Translations under genes and position numbers: made by a program
Notes under the pieces: model-generated
Database searches by the model: none
What the model saw: only the letters and a program-made list of their open reading frames with translations
Told to the model about the DNA's origin: nothing
Virus record (IMG/VR): IMGVR_UViG_3300024999_000030
Coordinates: 124,001-188,000 of that record
Direction: 5' to 3' (one strand)
DNA: 64,000 nucleotides
Shown: positions 43,904 to 54,108 of the stretch, one piece after another
Numbering within the stretch: the stretch's first letter is position 1
Layout of the letters: every line of letters starts with the position of its first letter

Positions 43904-44374
43904 CTATCTCTTCATCTCTAAAAGAGCGGCTAGTTCCAAGAAAGTAAGGATACTGGTTTCATTCATATTAGTATTCATCATAATATCACAATCTATAAGG
44001 ATATAAGTTCCCCGAGAAGCATCAGTATATAGATTAGTATTAGGAATGGCATCTTTTAGTATTCTAGTTTTACTCCATGGGCACTCAGAACAATTTAATA
44101 TATTATTATCCGTAAGTATACAAGTCGGATTCTTTATATCATTATGCCGAGTAATACTTCCACGTGCAGCTCTCCATTTATGATCTGGATTAACTATTTC
44201 TTCTGCTTGTTTAAAGTGTTTAATATACTGTCTATTGATGTTATTAAGAGAATTACACCACTCTTCCCCTTTGTTTTCTTCAGTTACACATGATTCAAAG
44301 TCGCGTATGTATGAATGTATACGGTAGAGGGTTGAGTCGATAATGTAAGATTTATGTGTTGACTGTTCGCTCAT
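43904..44374 (-). CDS. Divergent Cys4-family paralog
   Basis: C...CSECPW...C...ILTFLELAALLE. Confidence 0.55.
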   Translation of the reverse strand: MSEQSTHKSYIIDSTLYRIHSYIRDFESCVTEENKGEEWCNSLNNINRQYIKHFKQAEEIVNPDHKWRAARGSITRHNDIKNPTCILTDNNILNCSECPWSKTRILKDAIPNTNLYTDASRGTYILIDCDIMMNTNMNETSILTFLELAALLEMKR

Positions 44375-44389
44375 TATGGCCTCACTATC

Positions 44390-44418
44390 AATATAATTTG
44401 AACGTTGTTAATTGTCAA
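44390..44418 (-). promoter_or_regulatory. Promoter TTGACA-N17-TATATT
   Basis: Exact spacing; heads the long leftward transcription unit. Confidence 0.72.
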
Positions 44419-44574
44419 GTAAGAGTCGATGATAATTAAATAAGGATAATAATGGGGCCGCCGTTAAGAGGATACTGTATAGGATTGATATGGGTATTGT
44501 ATGGATATTGGGTATTTAAACAGGAGGTTATAAAGAGATCGGTGTAATAATGTAAAGGCTTATGAATACTGAAT

Positions 44575-44890
44575 AAGTGAGTCATTTATGACACAGTATA
44601 ATAATAAGATAAGTGAAATAATATAGAGAGGAGTTAGGAGAGAGTTAGGAGAGAGATACTGAGTTGTGTCTACAAAAATGACACATGTGACTTAAATGAC
44701 ACACTGGCGTATAATAGATAAGTGAAATTTATAATGAAATGACATTAAGATAACTATTAGATACTGGTAAAAGTGAGTCATTTATGACACACTTTACTAA
44801 TAGTATGAGCGGTTAAGTGCGATAATATGAGATAATATGAAGAATATATACTGATAATCAACATGTGACAAAAATGACTCACTTTCACTT
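44575..44890. repeat. Iteron-like cluster: aagtgagtcatttatgacac x2 (44575-44594, 44771-44790) plus an inverted variant (~44860-44889)
   Basis: Identical 20-mers with internal palindrome gtcat-tt-atgac, in an AT-rich non-coding divergent region. Confidence 0.75.
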
Positions 44891-45088
44891 AAGTTGTGAA
44901 AATACTACCCCCCAGACAATAAGAGTCTGAGGTAATATCAGTATCTCCCCGCCCTAAGTCTAAGCCAAGCATCAAGCGACTTACACTTGTAAAGAGTTTG
45001 GCCAGTATCAAAGTATAGCGTGACGCTGTGTCATGCTAGATACTGGCGCGAGTGTAAGAGACTTAGATACTGGCCAAAGGAGTTAAAG

Positions 45089-45481
45089 ATGGCTAACATC
45101 TTGAGCATGAAGGGCTTGGGCGTCAAGGTTACCGTCAAGGTAATCAAGAAGCACAAGTTCGTGGACGGTTCTCCCGAGCTGTCCCACAAGGGCGAGTACA
45201 CTCTCACCCTGTCGGCGGGGTCCAAGTCCGTCTCTACTAAGTGCGTGGGGACGGGCGAGTTGTTCGCCAAGTGCTACGCCATGATGAGCGTGCACTTCCC
45301 CAAGAGCTATGCTAAGTTCCAGGCCATCAGCAAGGTGGAGAAGGCCGCGAACAAGGCGAAGGCGAAGGCGAACCACAAGGCGAAGAAGGCGGCGGCCAGC
45401 GGCGTGGACTTGAAGAGCCTCGCCGCACTCCTCAACCGGGCGAAGAAGGGCAACGGTAAGATGCTGGCCCTGTTCCTCTAA
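45089..45481 (+). CDS. Highly basic Lys/Ala-rich protein, paralog 1
   Basis: RBS aaggag; GC-rich codons; aligns by eye with 56703-57104. Confidence 0.8.
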   Translation: MANILSMKGLGVKVTVKVIKKHKFVDGSPELSHKGEYTLTLSAGSKSVSTKCVGTGELFAKCYAMMSVHFPKSYAKFQAISKVEKAANKAKAKANHKAKKAAASGVDLKSLAALLNRAKKGNGKMLALFL

Positions 45482-45659
45482 GCCAGTATCTCATCATCTT
45501 TCCAGTATCTTATTATAGATACTGACACAATCTAAAGTAACTCATGGGTGGGTTAGTATAATACTAACCCTCTCTGGTCAGTATTCTCCCACCTGCGCGT
45601 GGTACTGACTGCTGATAGATACTGGTCTATCACAACGGGAGAAGATAAGGAGGAGTAAG

Positions 45660-45830
45660 ATGGGACAAGCTAGACAAAGGGGAACCCGGGAACAGCGTGT
45701 CGAACAAGCCCAAGGCCGCAAAGTCGGGGTGCCGGTTAACCTCACGGCACAGCTCCAGCGTAACTTCAGTAACAAAAGGAGTTTCCGTGAGTCGTTGTTC
45801 ACTCGGCTCACTCGTCTCTTTCGCTCTTAA
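45660..45830 (+). CDS. 56-aa basic protein, not in the ORF track
   Basis: RBS aaggaggag; MGQARQRGTREQR... Confidence 0.65.
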   Translation: MGQARQRGTREQRVEQAQGRKVGVPVNLTAQLQRNFSNKRSFRESLFTRLTRLFRS

Positions 45831-46027
45831 GGGGCAGCATCTCAATCATCTGCCTTGACCTCAGTACGTTGAAGTGCTCTGAGGCTAAGTAGGACTAGGA
45901 CTCTCTTATAGTAGAGCCAGCCTACCCCCAAATATAGCCAGTATCCAGAGCTGGTCGATCAGTATCTTAATTACTTAGATATTGGTCGGCCATAATGTGG
46001 GTACTGTATATAGTGGTGTGTGTTTGA

Positions 46028-46199
46028 ACCATACCACATATAGACAGAAAGATGGGTTTTGAGAAAAATGAGATCTAATACCTATAGTTAGTTAGTATCT
46101 CATTGTATAATACTGGCGCTATAATTAAGTATGTCTATATGTAGTGGTGTTAGTAAAGACCATACCACATATAGACAGAAAGATGGGTTTTGAGAAAAA
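46028..46199. repeat. 41-bp direct repeat (46028-46068, 46159-46199) with a partial third copy at ~46223
   Basis: accataccacatatagacagaaagatgggttttgagaaaaa seen twice. Confidence 0.9.
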
Positions 46200-46317
46200 A
46201 CAGTTGTGGTGTGTTATAAAGACACTACCACATATAGTAGTGTAACATAACAGCGCCAGTAATAAAGATACTAGCTAAACCATATGATACTGGATAAACC
46301 AACGGAGGGAAACCACA

Positions 46318-49300
46318 ATGGCTTATCATAAGTCTCAACGCCGCAATCTCAAACCTACAACCATCAGACAGTATCATTATGCTGTAAGCCGGCTTCTCAA
46401 TGCTTGCCCTCCCAATCTTCTCATACAAGTTATGAAAATGATTCGGGCAGGAGCAAAGACTTACCCAGTGTCTAAGATTCAATCTTTCATGGCCGGTAGT
46501 GGATTCTACATGTATTCACGAGAGATTAACAAAGCCATCAACGCTATGCAATGGGGATTATGCCCGCCTCAATATCGCATCTCCAAGAATAATCGCTGGT
46601 ATTTGGATACATTCCCTCAAGAGCCTGGACCGGTTGCTTATGCTGCCATGGAAACGGTCAGTATCAATCATCCAATTACTGCCCCCACACTTCAACCTGC
46701 CATGAACATTGTGTAAATAAAGATACTGGTCTGTAATTCTACCAGTATCTTACCTTCGCCGCCTAGTTACTTTGCATAGTGCAGGGAAACTTCGGCGCGA
46801 TCATAGGCTAATACAAGGAGGACAATATGGATTACGGGTAGCTAAGCTCAAACCTTAATTCAGTGTCTAGAGATGGCGGTCAGTATCGTCCAGTACAAAT
46901 GATTATAAACACTGGGATACTGGCCGTCACACTGTAGATACTGGACAAAACTTTCAATAGGAGGAGGCTACAATGGCCTACACACTATATAATCCACCGA
47001 CTAAGTGGTGGAAAAGGCAACACAGTATCACAATAACTATCTGGCCTAAGTGGTTAGCTCAGAAGCTTTGCAATCACTCTGCACCTAAACCTTCATGGAT
47101 TACTTCAAACACTTGCTACTCTTGCCCGGACTGTTACACTCTTATGATTCCTCCAGGAGCAGTCACCACGAAGGAATAGGGAGCGAGGTGAACGATGAAC
47201 GAGCAACCCAATAGTTCCATCTCAATCGTCCGTTACTCCAGAGATGGCTTCGTGGCTAAACGGCAGTCCAAACATATGTATAATGTTTGGCATGAGCTGT
47301 TTAAGTTTAATAGCCATGACATGCCAGAACATCTTCGTGGTGTCAGCGTAGAAGCACACCATAAGATCGTCCCTTTCTATCGTGAACACCTCGCTGATTT
47401 TAACTGGGGCATCTGGGTATTCATAGAGGGACACGATAACATGATGTCTCTCAATCATCTGCACGGTCAAGATAGGATGGGGCTTAAGCGTTGGACTGCT
47501 GTAATTCCCAGTAACACAGAGGTTTACGGTGTGGGGTGGGATGTCATTGTCTCTATTAGTGATTTCATTCCACAGATGTTCGGCTGCTTCATACCCAAAC
47601 GAAACATTCCTCTCATCACGGATATCAAGTGTGACGATGAATGTGATGTGGAGTTAGAGCTAGAGAGGTATGACTGGGAGCGTGAAGAAGAGAATCGCAT
47701 GCTCCGTTGTGGGTATTAGAAAGGAGGTGTCTTAAGTTGCCAGTCTTCATCGTTCAACAACTCGAAGGCGTCCACTGGTTTGATTCCGGTGATCATGGGG
47801 CCTGTCTGACGCGAATCCTTTCCAGCCAGAGAGAGGGGCTGGAGTTTGCGAGGGATGTTACCAGACGAACACAATTCGAAACCCGAGTAGTGGAGACAGA
47901 CAAAAACCGAATTGTTTACAACGTCTGGTCTCCGCACGCTCCATAACAATCCGTTCTTCACAGAGTACTCCTGTTAAAGGGAGTACTCAATCCCGTCAAT
48001 GTATACTAGCTGGTGGGACGGGGTAAGAGCACAATATATAGTAGTGCTCAGGCTAGTATGCCACAACATATAGGAGAACACATGAACATCAGTCGGCGTA
48101 AGAGGGGTTACATAAATCAGAGAGGAGGATAACAATGAATAGGGCTGATGTCCTCTTGATACTGGACGAAAAGTTTGCCAAGAAGGTGACGGATGAATAC
48201 AAGAAACGCACTGGATACAGTAATGTAATCGGTAGCGTTTCTAGCAATATGAAAGTCTTTATCCCCATCATTAAAGATATTCTTGATGATGGGCTTCGTG
48301 TACAAGAAGAAAACGAAAGAGAGGTGCGACATGATAAAAGTTGAACCGATGGAACCGCTGGACACAGAAAACTACGCCGTGCCCTTGAATCCTTTTCATC
48401 AAGACATATACAGTATGGGGACGACGCTGGGGACAAACGTGACGGTGATGTACGGAAATCATACTCACACTCATCAACCTTACATCATCGTTGTTAACCT
48501 GGATACTGGCGAACGAATCAAGATCGCTTTCTGAAAGGGAGGTGTGTCATGAACGAAAAGGAAAAGAACAGGATGCGACGATTATTGGAAATGGCTTATT
48601 TGTTTGCATGGGGTCCAGATGGTACGGCTGACCGCAGAGATGAATGGTGGGAACTTAAAGCTTTACTTCCCAACGTAGGAACGATGTGTTATGGTGGTAA
48701 TGGTAAATTCCGATGGGACGAATGAGCCAAATAGGTTCAGTTCTTTTTCATAAGGAGGCGTGCCATGGAACCGATCTTTGTTAACAATTGGGGCGAAATA
48801 CGAGGCGGTATCTCAGTGGATGAAGTCTTGAAGGGGGATGGTAAGCTAGCTGGCTTTACTGTCTCTGGCAAGAATCAAGATGGTAAGGAGTTCTGCATTG
48901 ACTTCTTCGTTCATGTTGGTGCCAAAAACATCACCATCACTTGCAGCTAAGGGAGGAGGAACTACATGGAATGGAAAGTCGTTGATACTGGCGATGAAAT
49001 CACCATCGTTCCTGAAACCCGCAATCTCCCCGGCAAAGTTCTTTTCGTCGGAACCTCAGTGGATTGCGATGAATATCTATATGAACTGAGCAACGACGAA
49101 TAACCTAACCCCATAAGGAGGCTCAACATGGAATGCGGATATCTAATTGCGTGGGTCGGTCCTTGTAAAAGCCAACCATCGGACGACAGTTCGTGCCGAT
49201 GTGACAAACACAAGGACAAAGTCTGTGCATCTTGTGGTGCTCCAGCCACTCAGGAATGCGATACGACGGGACAGTTCGTTTGTGGTGCTCCTCTCTGCAA

Positions 49301-50004
49301 CGATTGCGAGCACACCATCGCAGAAGACGGAACCAATGGTGGGGTTGGTTTCGTTCAACTCTCTCCCCTCCCACCGGGCTACAAGCCACACTGCAAGAAA
49401 ACGGAACAGAAATTCACCCCCTGGTTCATGAGGCCACTTTCGGAGAGCTAAGGAGGCTCGACATGCCACTAAAACCTGGCGATCGTTTACCCCGTGCTAA
49501 GGTAGATATCATGGACCTTAGCGAAGTGATGGATGAGGATATGAGGGGTAAGTTGGACACCCTTCGCACCCTCACTCCTCCTAAGCCCAACCTGTTTCAA
49601 CTGGAAGGAGGACCGGCGGATGGATAGAAAAGATCGAATCATCCAGCGCCAGAACAATGAAATACTGCTAATGGAGCTTCGTCTAGAGGAACTGGAAAGG
49701 ACCCTCGGTGAAGCGGTTAATCTCATCCAAGAAATCCACACAGAGATGATGACCGAGCTTCATACCTGTGCTCTGTTCGATGATAAGGTCTGGGTCATCG
49801 ATCAAGAATTGGCAATGGCCCACGCTGCCTTTGAGGAGGATATGGCAAAGGGCCTTGAGACACTTCAAGACGATGAAAGGTCAGATGGCGTACTGGATTC
49901 ATGAAGCAGAGCAGGGAGAGGCATCTGGATATCTTGGTCCCGATAAGAGTGAAGAGTTTCTCAGTAGGATCCTTAACAAGCTGGATGTGCCTCCAGAGGA
50001 TTAA
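46318..50004 (+). other. Cluster of ~14 short hypothetical ORFs with strong SD sites, including Cys-rich Zn-finger 49128-49451
   Basis: aggagg-type RBS before nearly every start. Confidence 0.6.
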
Positions 50005-50054
50005 ACCAGTATCTCTATAGTCTTAAAGATACTGGCGAAGTAATAGATACTGAG

Positions 50055-50920
50055 CATGGATGACACGTGACTCAGTTCTATAGGTAAGCCTAGCATATAG
50101 CATGTAGCGTCTCCTATAAGAGGCACGTGACTATATGTTGTCGGATGGTGGCTAGGCATGTCGGGTAGCAGGCGGGTGGCTAATCCGATACTTCAGTTTC
50201 AATCATCGCACGTCACCTACTAAATAAGTGGTACGGCGGTAGTTGATTAGAGCCCATTTTAATCGCGTGACGATGATTCAGGGTAGGTCCAGTGACTCCT
50301 GCAATACACTTACCTCTGACGGGCTGATAACCCCTCATGCGAGTAATGTGACGGGAGACCATAGCACATGAATGCCCTTATCCCTATAGGGGACGGAACG
50401 TATGTGACTATGAGAATCGTCCAGAGTAAGAGCCTGGATGATAGGAGAGACGCGTAAGCGACTCTAAAGACTGGACGAATTAGACGGCAGGTGGGTGGCC
50501 AGTCTAATGGGTTTGCAAAACTATTCTACTGCATGGAGGGACGGCAAAAGCCCTTCCCAGTTTCCGTTAAGCGGTGCTGACCGTGACGGTGGAATAGTTT
50601 AAAGGGTAGGCTTAGAAATATACCACATGGAGAAGACACCCCAATCGAGTGGAGTCAGTCATATAGATGGCCTGTGATGGTATAGGGGCTTATGGAGAGT
50701 AAGCCAGGCTAAGCGGTTAGGGTGAGCAGGTGAGTGGCTTCCTAACACTTAAGTTAAACTGGTGTCTATCATATAGGTAGCGTCCGGTAGAGTCCGGTGT
50801 GTATGATGGGCCAGGAAAGGTAAGCGAGGAGATGGCATCGTAGATGTGGGAGTTTTCTTCCTATGGTGCAGATTAGGCGGTCCTCGCGTGGCGTCAGCAG
50901 GTGGGTGGCAGGCGCTCTCG
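50055..50920 (+). ncRNA. Candidate large structured non-coding RNA (~870 nt)
   Basis: No ORF >=60 aa in the track; many nested stems with G-U pairs; four GC-AGGYGRGTG-GC stem-loops. Confidence 0.72.
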
Positions 50921-50943
50921 GAATAATATGAAAGGAGGCGGCT

Positions 50944-51294
50944 ATGACTTCAAGAGAAAATCTTCAAAGAATTAATGAAGCAATCAAAGCCGCTAAACAT
51001 TTAATTAAACACCCCCATAGTAAATCGGCATGGGGGAGTTTAGATTATAACACTCTGCCAATAGGCAATTATTCATCAAAAGGATTTACTTGTCCAATAA
51101 GTTGTGATAATTGTCCACTGGCATTGGGAATAACTCCGTTGAATCTTCCTGAGTTTATTTGTGAGGGTAATGCCCATGACATTATAATGGAAAAACAAAT
51201 CATGGGAGAGGTTATATTACTTCTCATTCAATTTGTGGCCACTATGGAAGTAGTCCAGGAGGATATTAAAAGGGGCCAAGGAGGTACAACATGA
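50944..51294 (+). CDS. Cys4-family paralog
   Basis: CPISCDNCPL...FIC...GEVILLLIQFVA. Confidence 0.8.
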   Translation: MTSRENLQRINEAIKAAKHLIKHPHSKSAWGSLDYNTLPIGNYSSKGFTCPISCDNCPLALGITPLNLPEFICEGNAHDIIMEKQIMGEVILLLIQFVATMEVVQEDIKRGQGGTT

Positions 51295-51593
51295 GAAAAT
51301 TAAATAATAAAGAAAGACGAGCACAGATAGAAGCAGTAAAACAATTATTAGATGACGTTAAAGATATTTATCTTTGGAGATAATTACATTCTGTTACTGG
51401 ATTCTTTAATTCAATAGATTTCTGTCCGGACCTTCCTGGTCAAATTTTAAGGTGTCTGCATTGTCCCTTAAGATTGAACTCAGCAACTCATTTATGTCGA
51501 TATAGACATCAGAATTATAAGGAAGTCATAATATCGGATGGTGAAATAACCATTAGGCTTCTGGAGTTTCTAGCCTATATACAAATAACCTAA
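51291..51593 (+). pseudogene. Cys4-family paralog with in-frame TAA at 51381-51383
   Basis: ...IYLWR*LHSVTG...CPDLPGQILRCLHCPLR...HLCRY...DGEITIRLLEFLAYIQ. Confidence 0.8.
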
Positions 51594-51609
51594 CGAAAGG
51601 AGGCTTCAG

Positions 51610-52023
51610 GTGAGAAAATGTAATGGATGTAAGCAGACCAAAGATGAATATTACATGCTTAAACCTGAAGTCTGGATACAGGCATGTATGAAGCCCGTTA
51701 AAAACATCCCAGTAATATCTGTCCTACGCATGCTTTGTGTATCATGTGTAGAAAAGAGACTGGGAAGGGAACTTAACTGGCGGGACTTTGCTCTTTGCCG
51801 ACTTAACTTGGACCCATCTGAACCGAGAACGGCTATACTTCAAGATCGAATGAGTGGTATAACCAATCGCCTTCCACAGTGGTTCTTCAATAGATACGGT
51901 GAAGATCAATGGGATGTGTCGGCCTTAGCTTATGGATGGCCACTGAGAGGAGGATGCAATGAAAAACACACCGATAGAAAAAGCAAAGCGGGCGGCGGAG
52001 TATCTAATCAAGCATCCTCATAG
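51610..52023 (+). CDS. Hypothetical phage protein
   Basis: C..C, YML...VW, LCVSCVEKRLGREL...DF. Confidence 0.6.
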   Translation: MRKCNGCKQTKDEYYMLKPEVWIQACMKPVKNIPVISVLRMLCVSCVEKRLGRELNWRDFALCRLNLDPSEPRTAILQDRMSGITNRLPQWFFNRYGEDQWDVSALAYGWPLRGGCNEKHTDRKSKAGGGVSNQASS

Positions 52024-53528
52024 TAGAATCGCTTGGGCTATGTTAAGCGATAATACTTCTCCTTCGTGGGGCAATAAACTAATTCGGTGTCCATTTGATT
52101 GTTATAACTGCCCATTAAGAACTGGCGCAAATGAATTAGGTCTTCAGACATATATATGTGGTAAGTCTGATTTTGAATCCAAGAGTGGTAATTTATTCGG
52201 AGAGGTTATATTGTACCTCATCCAATTTGTTGCTTTTGTGGAAGCGTTTCAAGGGGCAAAGCCATGATAATCACATTTAAAAGTGTCATCAACATGCCTG
52301 ATTAGATTCATTGCCTTTGCTCAGGTGGAAGTGGAGGATTCCCATGAAAGTCCCAGATAAAGAGGATAGGCAATTACAACTCACGACGATTTACGACCTG
52401 ATAAATAACTTGGATGATCCCAAGTATTGGAGAAGACTTTGGAACGTTACTGGGGGGCACTATGAGGAGCCAAAAGCAGAATGGAAAGATTTTTGTCCAT
52501 CTATTGATGGTTCGCTCCGGTGCTATAATTGCCCCCTTCGAGTGTTGGGTGAACATTATCAAGTCAACTATCTCTGTCGCCATAGTGGTTCTAACAAACC
52601 TGATCCAGCTAATGGAGAAGTCCTTCGTAGGTTATTGGAGTTTCTAGCCTACTCACAATTATAAGGAGGGTCCAAATGAAATGAGAGGATATGAAATAAG
52701 GACCCAGGAACAAATGGAACATCAAATAAAAGTAGCCCAAGCATTACTTAACGACTTAAGTAATGTGAATCTATGGAAGGAACTGTCTCGTATAACTGGA
52801 CTACAACCAGTCGTAGTAAGTAAAACTAGATTAACTAAGACTGATTACTGTCCAGGTTTATCCGTCTCAACTCCCTCACGGTGTAAAATCTGTCCTCTTT
52901 GTCTCCCTAGAGCCCAAGTACCTGGACAAACTTCAAAATGGGATTACTATCTCTGCCGAAGGTATATGTCTCATGAAAAATTGTGTCCAGAGATAGAAGA
53001 TGGGGAAGCGACTCGTAGGCTATTGGAATTCATAGCCTTCATACAAATACAACCCGACTCATAGGAGGTGACGATGAAAATCTCTCGCGTTCCATCACAG
53101 TTCGCCCCTGGTCGCTACAACGATGAATTCGTTTATAGGGAGGTGATCATGAAGCATGGTGTTACATGACCAACTCAAATAGTACAACCCCCATCAAAAT
53201 CATCAAAGAAATCCCTGAAGAACAAATCAAAGCAGCCCAGTATCTAATCAATCACATTGATGATCCTGAAGGCTGGAAACGCTTGCAGGAAGTAACTGGT
53301 GATACTGGGATCTTTGAATCCACAATCGATCACTGTGGCGACAATGCATACTCTGGAAGGCTGCCACAGATCACATGTTCAGCGTGTCCCCTCAGGGTAG
53401 AAAGTAGCACATATCTCTGCCGATATAGTCACCCAAATTATCCTCATGTCAATATGGAGGACAGTGCGATAATTCTGAAACTGATAGAGTTTATCGCATA
53501 TGTTCAAACAGTTTTTCCTAAGGCATGA
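51959..53528 (+). CDS. Four tandem Cys4-family paralogs (51959-52267, 52344-52664, 52681-53064, 53166-53528)
   Basis: C..CxxCPL..Y(L/I)C..GE...L(L/I)(E/Q)F(I/L/V)A in each. Confidence 0.8.
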
Positions 53529-53846
53529 GATATACTTGGAAGGAATGCAGAGAGTTAATTAGCTGCTGCACTTAAAGTAGTAGCTAAGCCACGATCCAAG
53601 AAAGCCTGGAAGGAACTGGGTAAAGTTACTGGTGTGAATTATCGCACACCCGACAATAGTCTAGTCGGGAAAGAAGTCGATTTTTGTAAGAAGGCTTGTT
53701 CCAAATGTCCCTTGTATGTAAAGAGAGCGGTATACATTTGCCGCAAGGACATTTGGCCAGAAATGTTGATAGACGTTAGTGAGGGCGAAATCCTTCGTCA
53801 CTTGCTAGAGTTTATCGCTCACATCCAAATACAGGAGGAGCAGGAC
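53525..53846 (+). pseudogene. Cys4-family paralog with a +1 frameshift near 53560 and no stop before ORF 53847
   Basis: ATGA overlap start MRYTWKECRELI; other frame continues AAALKVVAKPRSKKAWKELGKVTG...CSKCPL..YIC..EGEILRHLLEFIA. Confidence 0.65.
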
Positions 53847-53984
53847 ATGGCAAACGCATCTCAACTCCGTCGGGCCAAAGCGAACAAACTCACCGCCACC
53901 CAGGAACGCAAGCAGTCTCTCAAGGCTAATCGTGTCTTCGGACAGACGAGGACGACGATGCCAAGGAAGTCCAAGAGCCGTTAG
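53847..53984 (+). CDS. 45-aa basic peptide with its own RBS
   Basis: ggaggag then ATG; MANASQLRRAKANK. Confidence 0.55.
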   Translation: MANASQLRRAKANKLTATQERKQSLKANRVFGQTRTTMPRKSKSR

Positions 53985-54108
53985 TCTCCGTTAGTATTCA
54001 GAGCCAGTGGGCCAGTATCTTATAATGTAACAATCTCAACAATGAGATACTGGCTCATTGTAATGTGGATACTAACTCTGGGGCGAAAGTTTAAATGGGA
54101 GGTGGACA

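Noticed and set aside
45020-45088. Upstream GTG start of the basic protein
   Set aside because: It lies in the octamer inverted repeat; the RBS and paralog alignment support ATG 45089
46028-46240. CRISPR array
   Set aside because: Only two full 41-bp copies, 90-bp spacing, related rather than unique inter-repeat sequence, and no cas genes in the window
50510-50570. c-di-GMP-I riboswitch (gcaaaa...ggacggcaaaagcc)
   Set aside because: Only a partial word match; the P2 GNRA/receptor architecture is not evident
50055-50920. Group I/II intron, tmRNA or RNase P RNA
   Set aside because: No interrupted flanking gene, no GUGYG or domain V, no tRNA-like CCA end, no GAGGAAAGUCC
50055-50920. Classical CsrB-type GGA sponge
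   Set aside because: About 18 GGA triplets is near chance for a G-rich 870-mer, and the repeated loop has no GGA
51381-51383. Stop-codon reassignment
   Set aside because: A single in-frame TAA; long core genes are intact in the standard code and end in TAA, TGA or TAG
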